Positions 10,901-20,049 of a DNA stretch of 64,000 nucleotides are shown piece by piece (the first letter of the stretch is position 1; the number at the start of each line of letters is the position of its first letter). The notes beneath the pieces are model-generated. The model did not search any database. It worked only from the letters and a program-made list of their open reading frames with translations, and was not told where the DNA came from. Made by a program: the position numbers and the translations under genes. This DNA comes from Verrucomicrobiota bacterium (GTDB taxonomy: Bacteria; Verrucomicrobiota; Verrucomicrobiia; Opitutales; Cerasicoccaceae): contig JBCBUK010000008.1 in assembly GCA_039818205.1 (NCBI GenBank), positions 1 through 64,000 on the forward strand, in the 5' to 3' direction.

Positions 10901-11428
10901 CCACTCGGCCCGGATCGCTATAAGACCGAAGCGAGTCAGTTGACCCGGATGCAGAAGAATCCAAACGTAACGGTGCGTATGCGCGGCGTGATGGAGAAGT
11001 GCACCTACTGCGTTCAGCGAATCGAATCGGCTAAGATTAACCAGAAGAACAAGGCGAAAGACTCGGCCGACACCCACGTTCCGGACGGCACGATCAAGGT
11101 GGCTTGCCAACAGGTTTGCCCAACTGACGCGATCACTTTTGGCGACATCAGCGACGAAAATAGCGAAGTCTACAAGGCCAAGGAGTCCGATCGTAATTAC
11201 TCAGTCCTCGGCTATTTGAACATTCGTCCGCGCACCACCTATCTCGCGAAGTTGCGCAATTTGAATTCGAAGATGCCCGGTGCAAAGAAAGCGATGCCGC
11301 TTTCGCGCCAGGAATACAAAGCCAAGTCTGGCCATGGCGACCATAAGGACGGCGGAAAACACGGAGCTGATCACGGCAAAGAACCTTCCGACCACAGCGC
11401 CCACGCCAAAGAAGAAGGCCAACACTAA
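7943..11428 (+). CDS. actB: ACIII ActB (molybdopterin-oxidoreductase-like plus Fe-S domains)
   Basis: YWRS, internal Tat DRRSFLKLMGAS with lipobox LAG-C, GRPTKIEGN, Fe-S motifs CTACNACVIAC, CQHCELAPC, CVGTRYCANNC, EKCTYC; ATGA overlap with actA. Confidence 0.95.
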   Translation: MKRKFQHPEPTERDLAAPVYWRSPGELAKSPEFQQWLDNEFPEGATEANETDRRSFLKLMGASAGLAGIGLAGCRMPTKHILPYSKQPELMVPGVPMYYASSFPGSSENIPLVIETNDGRPTKIEGNPSDPGYGGSTDGYAQASVLDLYDPDRLQQSFEKNKPVNRARVRTWIQDLNKKFSANGGSGLAILAQPSTSPTRRRLVASLKKQFPKMIWAEYEPVDTSKPIRALEQVAGKPLRPFYQLDKAKRILALDSDFLSSEPGQLHYSRGFGKSRKVTSAKDASEMNRLYAVESNFTLTGGMADHRLRAATAHIPAFAALFAAEIFEKAKMSPELVSTLREKGKGISVDPKWIKECAIDLQNHSGESLIVAGPHLPEEVHVLVFAMNAVLKAEGKTVDYIEQPALPENSIGDVVEQLNKKKVDTLIVLGGNPAYDAPADLNFAEAAKNAKTVLCHSYYNNETTELAAGTIASTHYLESWGDGRAICGDYLPVQPMILPLFDGFSELEVVALLQGIDPAGEGYDLVKESFSTVTGKDDEISFEKWLVEGVWLDARWPKSKLGLSSVSKVRKLIEGAAFPAPKISADSLEVRIVPSSHAWDGRYNNNGWLMECPDPMTKLTWDNAILVSPKLGKKLGITPSPILMDQPPELLEKYALHMNANQFKRGQEHAKMGEIEVNGVKVRGPLHILPGLADNTMVVTLGFGRDKTGRIGTVIQGPDTGKGIGFNAYPLTSSASMGHATGAKVTVLSDDFRLANTQEHWSMEGRAIIREADQTEYSKNPHFVDQMGMESHSPPVYGAARNDSIAEKALEVPRGGSMYKTPAFDEPLPNVKVWNTEEGKKQFQPPQQWGMNIDLNSCTACNACVIACQSENNIPIVGKDQVLRGREMHWIRLDRYFATDPGADTTEIPEDPQVNFMGMACQHCELAPCESVCPVNATVHDEQGLNTMAYNRCVGTRYCANNCPYKVRRFNFFDYNKRERADFYAGPLGPDRYKTEASQLTRMQKNPNVTVRMRGVMEKCTYCVQRIESAKINQKNKAKDSADTHVPDGTIKVACQQVCPTDAITFGDISDENSEVYKAKESDRNYSVLGYLNIRPRTTYLAKLRNLNSKMPGAKKAMPLSRQEYKAKSGHGDHKDGGKHGADHGKEPSDHSAHAKEEGQH

Positions 11429-11460
11429 TTTCTCTCTAACCCAAACTTTAACGACCAATC

Positions 11461-12948
11461 ATGTCTGAATCCACCGCAGAGCTAACCCTTAGCCCAGAAG
11501 CCGCCGCCAAGCGCGACGAGGTTCTCGCTAAGGTTAAGCCGGTCGAGGTTCCCCGCCCGCAACTGGTCACAGGTAACCACGATTTCCATTGGGTTACCGA
11601 GAAGATTTGCGGCATCCCAGAATCCAAAACGCCCCGTTGGTGGTGGATCATGTTTGTGATCGCCCTCGGTATGGCGAGCTTCACGGCGTTCGGCCTCACC
11701 TGGTTGGTTTCATCCGGTGTTGGCGTCTGGGGCCTGGCTAGTCCGGTCAATTGGGGATGGGCGATCGTCAACTTCGTTTTCTGGATTGGTATCGGTCATG
11801 CCGGTACGCTGATTTCCGCGATTCTGTGCCTGCTCCGTCAAAAGTGGCGGGTGTCGATTAACCGGGCAGCGGAAGCGATGACCATTTTTGCGGTTGTCTG
11901 TGCGGGTCTCTTCCCACTGTTCCACGTTGGTCGTGTTTGGTTTGCTTGGTGGCTTTTTCCTCTCCCAAACAGCAACTGGATCTGGCCTCAGTTCCGCAGT
12001 CCGCTTGAGTGGGACGTGTTCGCGGTCTCGACTTACGGAACGGTTTCGGTGCTCTTTTGGTACATGGGATTGATCCCTGACCTTGGCACCATGCGCGACC
12101 GCGCTTTGAAGGCCGGTCGAAAAATCAAAGCAGTCGGATACGGGATATTCGCCATGGGCTGGCGTAACAGTAACCGCCACTGGCGTAACTATGAGATGGC
12201 TTATCTCCTGTTAGCGGGCCTCTCGACGCCACTTGTTCTTTCGGTGCACACGATCGTTTCATTCGACTTTGCTGCAGCTAATTTGCCGGGCTGGCACACC
12301 ACGATTTTCCCTCCATACTTTGTCGCCGGTGCGATTTTCTCCGGATTCGGCATGGTGCTGACGCTTATGCTGCCATTGCGCGCCGTCTACGGGCTCCACG
12401 ATCTGATCACTCAATACCACATCGATTGTATGTGTAAGATCATTTTGGCGACGGGTTCAATGGTCGGTTACGCGTACTCGATGGAGTTCTTTATCGCCTG
12501 GTATGGCGCGAATCCGTATGAAGGCTTCGCGTTTGTAAACCGCGCATTCGGACAGTATGCCTGGGCTTACTGGATCATGGTCTCTTGCAATGTGATCTCG
12601 CCTCAGCTCTTTTGGTTCAAGAAGGTTCGCGAGAACACCGCTCTGGTTTGGATCATCTGTGGCTTCGTGAATGTCGGTATGTGGTTTGAGCGATTCGTGA
12701 TCACGGTCACTTCTCTCGCGAATGACTTCCTGCCTTCAAGCTGGGGCTACTATTCGCCAACGATCATCGACATCTTCACTTTCTTCGGAACCTTTGGTCT
12801 CTTCTCGACCTTGTTCCTCCTGTTTGTCCGCTTCCTGCCAATGATGCCAATGGGCGAAATCAAGGCAGTTATGAAGCAAGCTGATGGCCATGGCCACGGT
12901 TCTGGTAACCAGGGCCAAGGTTATGCTGAGGAAGGAGAACACCACTAA
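11461..12948 (+). CDS. actC: ACIII ActC (NrfD/PsrC family membrane subunit)
   Basis: [52 protein letters not shown]. Confidence 0.96.
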   Translation: MSESTAELTLSPEAAAKRDEVLAKVKPVEVPRPQLVTGNHDFHWVTEKICGIPESKTPRWWWIMFVIALGMASFTAFGLTWLVSSGVGVWGLASPVNWGWAIVNFVFWIGIGHAGTLISAILCLLRQKWRVSINRAAEAMTIFAVVCAGLFPLFHVGRVWFAWWLFPLPNSNWIWPQFRSPLEWDVFAVSTYGTVSVLFWYMGLIPDLGTMRDRALKAGRKIKAVGYGIFAMGWRNSNRHWRNYEMAYLLLAGLSTPLVLSVHTIVSFDFAAANLPGWHTTIFPPYFVAGAIFSGFGMVLTLMLPLRAVYGLHDLITQYHIDCMCKIILATGSMVGYAYSMEFFIAWYGANPYEGFAFVNRAFGQYAWAYWIMVSCNVISPQLFWFKKVRENTALVWIICGFVNVGMWFERFVITVTSLANDFLPSSWGYYSPTIIDIFTFFGTFGLFSTLFLLFVRFLPMMPMGEIKAVMKQADGHGHGSGNQGQGYAEEGEHH

Positions 12949-13487
12949 TGAGTGCCAACAAAGCAACATACGCATTACTGGCGACTTTTTCTGAGACGCC
13001 GAAGTTTTTCGACGCTACCGCCAAGGTCCGCGACGCGGGCTTCAAAAATTGGGATACATTCACGCCGTTTCCCGTCCACGGTCTCGATGATCAGATGGGC
13101 GTCGGTCGCTCGAAAGTGCCGATTTTCACCTTCTTTGGCGGGCTCTTTGGCTTCTGCCTCGGAACGCTGCTCACCTGGTATATGAACGGACTTGATTACC
13201 CGCTGATCGTCGGTGGTAAGCCATTTTGGAGTCCAGTGTTTCCATTTCCGGTCATGTATGAGCTCACGATCCTCAATGCGGCGTTTGGTACGCTGCTTGG
13301 GATGTTCGTGATGAATATGCTGCCACGTCACAACCATCCGCTCTTCACTTACGAAGATTTTATCAAGTCGGGTGATGACACATTCTTTATCGTCATTGAG
13401 AAAGCGGACCCAAAGTTCGATCTCGATAAAACCAAAGCCTTTTTAACCGAAATCGGGGCCGAAGAGGTCCATGTCGTTGAAGCCTAA
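12948..13487 (+). CDS. actD: ACIII ActD (DUF3341)
   Basis: TPFPVHGLD, YPLIVGGKP, YELTIL; position in operon. Confidence 0.93.
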   Translation: MSANKATYALLATFSETPKFFDATAKVRDAGFKNWDTFTPFPVHGLDDQMGVGRSKVPIFTFFGGLFGFCLGTLLTWYMNGLDYPLIVGGKPFWSPVFPFPVMYELTILNAAFGTLLGMFVMNMLPRHNHPLFTYEDFIKSGDDTFFIVIEKADPKFDLDKTKAFLTEIGAEEVHVVEA

Positions 13488-14143
13488 TGCGCATATTTCT
13501 CGCAGTCTGGTTATTTGTAGTCGTCGCGACGGTTTCCATCCTTGGATTCCGTAGTGACAAGTTCCGTAAACCCCCGGTTTGGGTTTTCCCTGATATGGAT
13601 ATACAAGCTAAGTATAAGCCACAGGGAGAGAACGAGTTTTTCGCCGATCGGCGGGATGATCGTCCACCGGTTCCGGGCGCAGTATTGCGCGGCTACAATT
13701 GGGATGTCAAAGAGGTGTTCGATGGTGAGTTTCAGTTCGCTAAGGCTGAAAATCCACCGAAGTTCACTGGTAAAAACGCGGAAGGTGAATGGATCACAGA
13801 GTTTCCAATCGAGGTGACCTACGACCTGATGCAGACCGGTCAGCAGAAATACGAGATATTCTGCCTGCCATGTCATGGACAGATCGGCGACGGAAACGGA
13901 ATTACGAAGAAGTATGGCATGGTGGCGACACCGACTTACCACGATGCCCGTTTACGCGACATGGCAATCGGTGAGTATTTTAACACCATCACCTACGGTA
14001 AAAACTTGATGGGTGCTTACGGCATGAAATTGAATCCTGAAGAACGCTGGGCCGTCATTGCTTACGTGCGTGCCCTGCAACTTTCGCAAAACGCCACGGC
14101 TGACGATGTGCCGGCACAATTTCGGAAGGAGCTTGGACTATGA
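13487..14143 (+). CDS. actE: ACIII ActE mono-heme cytochrome c
   Basis: PDMDIQAKYKPQ, CLPCH, axial Met region NLMGAY, ERWAVIAYVRALQ. Confidence 0.92.
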   Translation: MRIFLAVWLFVVVATVSILGFRSDKFRKPPVWVFPDMDIQAKYKPQGENEFFADRRDDRPPVPGAVLRGYNWDVKEVFDGEFQFAKAENPPKFTGKNAEGEWITEFPIEVTYDLMQTGQQKYEIFCLPCHGQIGDGNGITKKYGMVATPTYHDARLRDMAIGEYFNTITYGKNLMGAYGMKLNPEERWAVIAYVRALQLSQNATADDVPAQFRKELGL

Positions 14144-15438
14144 GCGCTGACACCGCAACAGCGACACCCGTCGCGGCTTCCTCGGGAGGCAAAAAAGATC
14201 TTTCTAAACTCGCTTTGATCATCGGGATCGTTGGCCTCGCTATCGCATTGGTTGCTCTGTTATTTGATCTTGGACATGGGCACGGCCGAGTAGCACAAAG
14301 TTGGCTGATTTCATTCGGCTTCTGGATGGCGATTCTCGTGGGAATGCTCTTCCTAACCCAAATCACTTACTTGTTCGACGCGGGTTGGGCCGTGATCATT
14401 CGGCGTCAATGGGAGAATGCCTTTGCCGCATTTCCGTGGATGGCGGCGATTATCGCACCAGTTATCATCCTTCCATTTATCATGGGCCACAGCGGCGCCG
14501 TGTGGAAATGGATGGATCCAGAGTATATCTTGCCAGGTGTTCATCCAATCGAGGTGCAAAACGACACGCTTTATACCTCGAAGGCTGCCTATCTGAATAC
14601 GCCGTTCTTCTTCATCCGGATGATCTTTTACTTTGCAGTATTTTGCATCCTCGGATCACTCTTGCGGAAGAACTCGGTAGCCAACGACACCAATCCTGAT
14701 CCAAAATACTGGCGCAACTGCCGCAAGATTTCTGGTGTGGGCATCTTCTTGACCGCTTTCGCCACCACATTCATGGCTTTTGACCTGTTCATGAGCCTCA
14801 GCTACCACTGGTTCTCCACCATGTATGGTGTTTGGTTCTTCGCAGCTGCCATGCGTGCAGGTCTCGCTGGTACGGTGATTTTCTGCAACATCGCCGCAAC
14901 CAAGGGATGGCTCCAAGGGTTTTACAACAAAAACCATAACTACTTCCTCGGCTGCCTTTGCCTCGCATTCACTGTTTTCTGGGCTTACATTAGCTTCTCT
15001 CAATATTTCTTGATCTACAACGCGAATATTCCCGAAGAGACCTTCTGGTTTAACATGCGCGAGATGAACGCTGACGGTTCCAAGAACAGCTGGTGGTGGG
15101 TCTCCATGGCCTTGATCTTTGGCCACTTCGTTATCCCGTTCATCGCATTGCTCTGGTATAAAACCAAGGTCATCCGTAAGCGGATCATAGCGATCTGCGT
15201 TTGGATTCTGACGTTCACGCTTCTGGATATGTATTGGAATATTTTGCCAAAGCAAAAGGAAGCGAGCAATGAACTTGGTTACTACGTTCAGCAGTTCACT
15301 CCAAATCTTTGGGATCTCGCGGCCCTGATTGGCGTTGGCGGTATCGTAATTTGGGCAACCTTGAAGAGCGCCGCCAAGAACGAACCGATTCCGCTTAACG
15401 ATCCGCGCATCAAGGAATCTCTCCACGCTCACCAATAA
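14140..15438 (+). CDS. actF: ACIII ActF membrane subunit
   Basis: MSLSYHWFSTMYG, FWAYISFSQY, YNANIPEET. Confidence 0.93.
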   Translation: MSADTATATPVAASSGGKKDLSKLALIIGIVGLAIALVALLFDLGHGHGRVAQSWLISFGFWMAILVGMLFLTQITYLFDAGWAVIIRRQWENAFAAFPWMAAIIAPVIILPFIMGHSGAVWKWMDPEYILPGVHPIEVQNDTLYTSKAAYLNTPFFFIRMIFYFAVFCILGSLLRKNSVANDTNPDPKYWRNCRKISGVGIFLTAFATTFMAFDLFMSLSYHWFSTMYGVWFFAAAMRAGLAGTVIFCNIAATKGWLQGFYNKNHNYFLGCLCLAFTVFWAYISFSQYFLIYNANIPEETFWFNMREMNADGSKNSWWWVSMALIFGHFVIPFIALLWYKTKVIRKRIIAICVWILTFTLLDMYWNILPKQKEASNELGYYVQQFTPNLWDLAALIGVGGIVIWATLKSAAKNEPIPLNDPRIKESLHAHQ

Positions 15439-15450
15439 TTGATCATCGAA

Positions 15451-15780
15451 ATGAGCGACTCAGATTTACACGGACCACCCGAAACCGCACACTCAAACTC
15501 GACTTTGTCGTTGGTTGGCGCGTTGGGATCACTGCTATTATTCGCATTGATCGTCTACATTGCCTACTACATTCCAAAGTCTCGTCAGGAGGCAACGAAT
15601 AGCGAAATCGTTGCGGAGCGTGAGGCGACGCTGGCTGAGGTAATTGCTCAGCAGAACGATTTGGCTACCACTTATGGGGTAGTTAACGCTGAAGAAGGCG
15701 TGGTTCACATTCCTCTTGAACGCGCGATGGAACTGATTGTTCCTCGCCTGAATAACGCTGATAAGAGCGATAAGCAGTAA
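15451..15780 (+). CDS. Single-TM small protein, putative ActG-like subunit
   Basis: One TM; C-terminal YGVVNAEEGVVHIPLERAMELI resembles ActG-type proteins; follows actF. Confidence 0.65.
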   Translation: MSDSDLHGPPETAHSNSTLSLVGALGSLLLFALIVYIAYYIPKSRQEATNSEIVAEREATLAEVIAQQNDLATTYGVVNAEEGVVHIPLERAMELIVPRLNNADKSDKQ

Positions 15781-15832
15781 CTCTATCGCGATCACCGTTT
15801 TGCTTACTCGAGATAATTTCCGACTTTAGCGC

Positions 15833-16063
15833 ATGTTTGAATGGAACGTATATCTGATTATCATCTTCGCCTTCGGAGGCTTATTTTTCGCTTCCGCAGT
15901 CGCGGCTTTATGGTGGTCAGCAAAAAACGGCCAACTGCGTAATTTCGATCAAGGCGCTCGCGTCGTATTCACCGACGAGGAGCCTGAAGGTATTCACACT
16001 GATTTTTTCCCCGGCGAGGCTGAAAAGGCTGGCCGAAAGCTCCGCGAATCGGAAGTTCGCTAA
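15833..16063 (+). CDS. ccoS: cbb3 oxidase maturation protein, CcoS-like
   Basis: Short TM then LWWSAKNGQL..FD..A..VF..EE pattern; immediately before ccoN. Confidence 0.8.
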   Translation: MFEWNVYLIIIFAFGGLFFASAVAALWWSAKNGQLRNFDQGARVVFTDEEPEGIHTDFFPGEAEKAGRKLRESEVR

Positions 16064-16072
16064 TTCATTTAG

Positions 16073-17569
16073 ATGAGTCCGCTTCTTTCATTTTTTAGTA
16101 AAGTTGATCCGCAAACCAAGCCGGTGGTTTCGCAGAAGGTCGCGCTTAGTGCGATTGACCACCAGATGCGTACGCCTGTGCTGTTGTTTACAACGTCGGC
16201 CATATTGTGGCTACTCATTGGTACCGCGTTTGCGATCATTGCGTCGATCAAGCTCCACAGTCCGGATTTTCTCGGCAACTTTGAATGGCTGACTTTCGGT
16301 CGAGCCCGTTCCGCACACTTGAATGCCATGGCTTATGGCTGGGCGAACAACGCGGTGTTTGCAGTGGGTCTTTGGGTCATGGCCCGTCTGTGTAAGGCGA
16401 ATATTCGCTACGGCACGATGCTGGTTATCGCCGGATCGTTCTGGAATATTGGCGTGACGATCGGCGTTATCGGGATCCTAACTGGAGGACTGACCTCGGT
16501 TGAGTGGTTGGAAATGCCTCCTTATGTTGCTCCGATGCTCGCATTCTCCTACGTGTTGATCGCTGTCTGGGGTGTGTTGATGTTCCGGTTTCGCGAGAAG
16601 GGCCATGTTTATGTTTCTCAGTGGTATATCCTCGGAGCACTCTTCTGGTTCCCGTGGCTCTATGTCATCGCCCAGACCATGATTTTTGTGGAGCCGGCAA
16701 CCGGTACCGTTCAATCGATCACGAATTGGTGGTTTGGTCACAACGTGCTGGGTCTCTGGTATACTCCGATGGGCTTAGCAGCAATCTACTACATGATGCC
16801 GAAGGTTCTGGGTCGCCCGATCTACAGCTACTACCTTTCGGTCCTAGGATTTTGGTCATTGGCTCTGTTCTATAATTGGGCAGGCGTCCACCACCTGATT
16901 GGCGGCCCGATTCCCGTATGGCTCATCTCGGCTGGAATCGTGGCGAGCGTGATGATGGTTATTCCGGTTGTTGTGACCGCGATTAACCACCACATGACCG
17001 CGGTAGGCAATGCTCGCGCCGTTTGGTGCTCACCGACCTTGCGTTTCATTGTTTTCGGAGCAATGAGCTACACGCTCGCCAGTTTCTTCGGTTCCTGGAT
17101 GGCGCTTCGCGACGTGAATGTGGTCACTCACTTTACGCAGTTCACCGTGGGCCACGCACACCATGGGGTGTATGCATTCTTTACGATGACCATGTTCGGC
17201 GGAATCTACTTTATGGTGCCGCGTATTCTTCAGCGAGAGTGGCCGTCCGCCAATTTGATCCGCGTCCATTTCTGGTGCGTCAGTATCGGCATTGGTATGA
17301 TGCTCGTCGCATTACACGTTGGTGGATGGATTCAAGGTCTGCAGCTGAACAATCCTGACATTCCTTACACAAGCCCAGAGAGCGGGGTCGTGACAATCCT
17401 CAGCGCCCTGAAGCCTTGGTTGTTCTCTCGTTCGATCTCGGGTGTATTGATCACCATTGGTCACGTCGCATTCTTTATCAATTTCATCTTGATGGTTATT
17501 GGTCCTCGCGCGGTCCGCTACAAGGAAGGCCCAACGCTTCTCGTGAAGAAGGAAGGAGAGGGCGCCTAG
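16073..17569 (+). CDS. ccoN: cbb3-type (C-family) heme-copper oxidase catalytic subunit
   Basis: [27 protein letters not shown] (helix VII Tyr plus CuB His-His), GHAH heme ligands. Confidence 0.93.
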   Translation: MSPLLSFFSKVDPQTKPVVSQKVALSAIDHQMRTPVLLFTTSAILWLLIGTAFAIIASIKLHSPDFLGNFEWLTFGRARSAHLNAMAYGWANNAVFAVGLWVMARLCKANIRYGTMLVIAGSFWNIGVTIGVIGILTGGLTSVEWLEMPPYVAPMLAFSYVLIAVWGVLMFRFREKGHVYVSQWYILGALFWFPWLYVIAQTMIFVEPATGTVQSITNWWFGHNVLGLWYTPMGLAAIYYMMPKVLGRPIYSYYLSVLGFWSLALFYNWAGVHHLIGGPIPVWLISAGIVASVMMVIPVVVTAINHHMTAVGNARAVWCSPTLRFIVFGAMSYTLASFFGSWMALRDVNVVTHFTQFTVGHAHHGVYAFFTMTMFGGIYFMVPRILQREWPSANLIRVHFWCVSIGIGMMLVALHVGGWIQGLQLNNPDIPYTSPESGVVTILSALKPWLFSRSISGVLITIGHVAFFINFILMVIGPRAVRYKEGPTLLVKKEGEGA

Positions 17570-17570
17570 A

Positions 17571-18200
17571 ATGAAAAATCTCCCACTTCTATTTTTCGGG
17601 ATCTTCTTCATGCTCGCGTTTTCTTTCACGGGCCTGATCCTTAGTAGCCAAATTCAGTTTGGAGACCTAAAACCAATTGCCCTGGAAGAGGGCGAGATGC
17701 CGATGCCACAGGCCCGTGTTGGTCTGGCACAGCAGGGTAAGGAAATCTATATCGATCAGGGATGCATCTATTGCCACTCGCAACAGGTTCGGCGCAAGGG
17801 CTTTGGCGCTGACTGGGAACGTGGTTGGGGCGACCGCCAGTCCGTTCCACGCGACTACATTCTCCAAGAGCGTGTGCTTTTAGGAACCAGCCGCACGGGT
17901 CCAGACCTGATGGCGATTGGCGATCGTCAGCCAAGTGCCGATTGGCACCACCTCCATTTGTTCAATCCGCAGATCACGTCGCCTGGCTCAATCATGCCAC
18001 CGTTTCGCTACCTTTATCGGACGCAGAAGATTGGTGATGCACCATCTCCAAACGCGTTGAACATTCCTGATGACTTTCCTCTCGACCAACCAGAGCCGGG
18101 TTACGAGATCGTTCCCACCGATCGCGCCGACCAATTGGTTGAATATCTGTTGAGTTTGAAACTCGACTACGAACTGCCTGAATCCCGTTTTGCCGAGTAA
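17571..18200 (+). CDS. ccoO: cbb3-type oxidase mono-heme subunit II
   Basis: [28 protein letters not shown]. Confidence 0.92.
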   Translation: MKNLPLLFFGIFFMLAFSFTGLILSSQIQFGDLKPIALEEGEMPMPQARVGLAQQGKEIYIDQGCIYCHSQQVRRKGFGADWERGWGDRQSVPRDYILQERVLLGTSRTGPDLMAIGDRQPSADWHHLHLFNPQITSPGSIMPPFRYLYRTQKIGDAPSPNALNIPDDFPLDQPEPGYEIVPTDRADQLVEYLLSLKLDYELPESRFAE

Positions 18201-18203
18201 TTA

Positions 18204-18884
18204 ATGGACGAAACCCGACCAGATCGGCGCGACCAACACGCGCTTCCCGGTGACCGCGCCGAATACGCTGATGAAGACATCCATACGGTGCATTCACAGT
18301 TGTTGCGCGAAAAGGACGAACCCAGCGAGGGCTTTTCGCCTGTTCCGATTGCACTGTTGTTTCTTTTTGGCGCATTGGTCTTCTGGGGCGGTGTCTATAT
18401 TGCGGAATACTCAGGTGAATTTCGGTACGACGTCTACAATCCAGAATGGAAACCTGGTTTAGCCAGCAACGACACCCAGGCAGTTTGGGATCCGATCAAA
18501 TCGGGCGACCGTCTTTATAAGAACAATTGCCAGGCTTGCCATCAGGCGACCGGTGCGGGCGTTCCGGGCTCTTTCCCACCGCTCGCTGGCTCCTCATGGG
18601 TGGTCGGCGACGAAGGTCGTATGGTAAAGATTTTGCTCCGTGGGTTGAATGGACCAATCGAAGTTGAAGGGGTATCGTACAATGGTAATATGCCTTCATA
18701 CGGAGAAAATGGTGCCGGTTGGGACGATATGAAGATCGCTGCAGTCTCTACTTGGGTGCGTCAAGCTTGGGGCAACGGTGCTCCGGAAGTCACACCCGAG
18801 GCAGTTGCCGCGATTCGCGCCGAAATCGCAGACAAAAGCGGCGCCTGGACCGGTGACGAGATCCTGGGTGAGCACCCACTATAA
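18204..18884 (+). CDS. Membrane-anchored mono-heme cytochrome c (CcoP-equivalent), copy 1
   Basis: TM, CQACH, PPLAGS, GNMPSY. Confidence 0.88.
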   Translation: MDETRPDRRDQHALPGDRAEYADEDIHTVHSQLLREKDEPSEGFSPVPIALLFLFGALVFWGGVYIAEYSGEFRYDVYNPEWKPGLASNDTQAVWDPIKSGDRLYKNNCQACHQATGAGVPGSFPPLAGSSWVVGDEGRMVKILLRGLNGPIEVEGVSYNGNMPSYGENGAGWDDMKIAAVSTWVRQAWGNGAPEVTPEAVAAIRAEIADKSGAWTGDEILGEHPL

Positions 18885-19011
18885 GATTCGTTGTGGTTGC
18901 CGGCAGGGATCCTTCTAACAGGGTTCAAGTCCACGATTCGATTTGAGACTGCTTATTGGACACGATGTAGTTGGTGAAACCGAGAGAGATTTCGCCAGCT
19001 AGATTCGCTAT

Positions 19012-19680
19012 ATGTTCGGAACCAGGGTAGAAAAGAGCGATCAGATCGCGCCGGACAACGCACGGCTCACCGATGAGGAACTTTGCGTGCTTCATTCACA
19101 GATACTTCGAGAGAAAGATGAACCAAGCGAAAGTAGCACTCCAATTCCGACGGCATTGGTTTTCCTTTTCGGCGTTTTGATCTTTTGGGGAGGCGGATAT
19201 CTCGCCAAATACTCTGGTGGTTTTCGCTATGACATTTACGACCCCAATGGTGTGGAAGTGGTCGAACCACCAATTGTTGCCGAATCGGGTCTTAATCTGG
19301 GCAATCGGATTTACAGGAAATCTTGCCAAGCTTGCCACCAGGCAAACGGAACCGGGGTCCCCGGTTCTGTTCCACCGCTCGCTGGGTCTTCCTGGGTGAT
19401 TGGTGATGAAGGTCGCATTGTTAAGATTCTGTTGAATGGCTTAAATGGCCCAATCGAGGTGGGGGGCGTCGCCTTCAACGGGAACATGCCATCCTACGGA
19501 GAAAATGGTGCCAATTGGGACGACGCGAAAATCGCTGCGGTTGCGACTTGGGTTCGCCAGGCTTGGGGCAATGGTGCTTCGGAAGTAACACCCGAGGTCG
19601 TCGCTGCGATTCGTGCTGAAATCGCGGGCAGAAATCACGTTTGTTCTGGCGATGAGATCCTGGGTGAGCACCCAATTTAG
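19012..19680 (+). CDS. Membrane-anchored mono-heme cytochrome c, tandem paralogue (copy 2)
   Basis: Aligns along most of its length with 18204-18884 (HSQ.LREKDEPSE, CQACHQA.G.GVPGS.PPLAGSSWV, GNMPSYGENGA). Confidence 0.85.
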   Translation: MFGTRVEKSDQIAPDNARLTDEELCVLHSQILREKDEPSESSTPIPTALVFLFGVLIFWGGGYLAKYSGGFRYDIYDPNGVEVVEPPIVAESGLNLGNRIYRKSCQACHQANGTGVPGSVPPLAGSSWVIGDEGRIVKILLNGLNGPIEVGGVAFNGNMPSYGENGANWDDAKIAAVATWVRQAWGNGASEVTPEVVAAIRAEIAGRNHVCSGDEILGEHPI

Positions 19681-20049
19681 ACGTAGATCGCACTCATGGT
19701 TTATCGGAGGACATTCGTAACCTAATGAACATCTTTTTGGTGGGTTTTGATCGTCTAGTATCGAATTCATTAACCGGACAAGTTCCTTGGTGTTTAGGGA
19801 ATTAGAACGCTGAAATTCCCCCAATATGAGCGGTTTTCATGGTATTGATGAATGAGTATTTACCGGATATCTAAGTCTATGGAAACCAATGAAAAAAACA
19901 TGTGACCGGCGTCTTTTTTGATGGATTGTTCCGCGTTAATGGATACCTAAGACACGTTTTGGTAGTCGTAGATTCGTGATCCATAATTCTGACCTCCGCG
20001 ACGACACCGTTCACCCTACCTAGTTTTTACCAAAAAACTGCCTGCTATT

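Noticed and set aside
19681..20049. Riboswitch or sigma-54 promoter upstream of the amidoligase locus
   Set aside because: No glnA-motif consensus or TGGCAC-N5-TTGC was recognisable by eye; an Rfam/Infernal scan would settle it.
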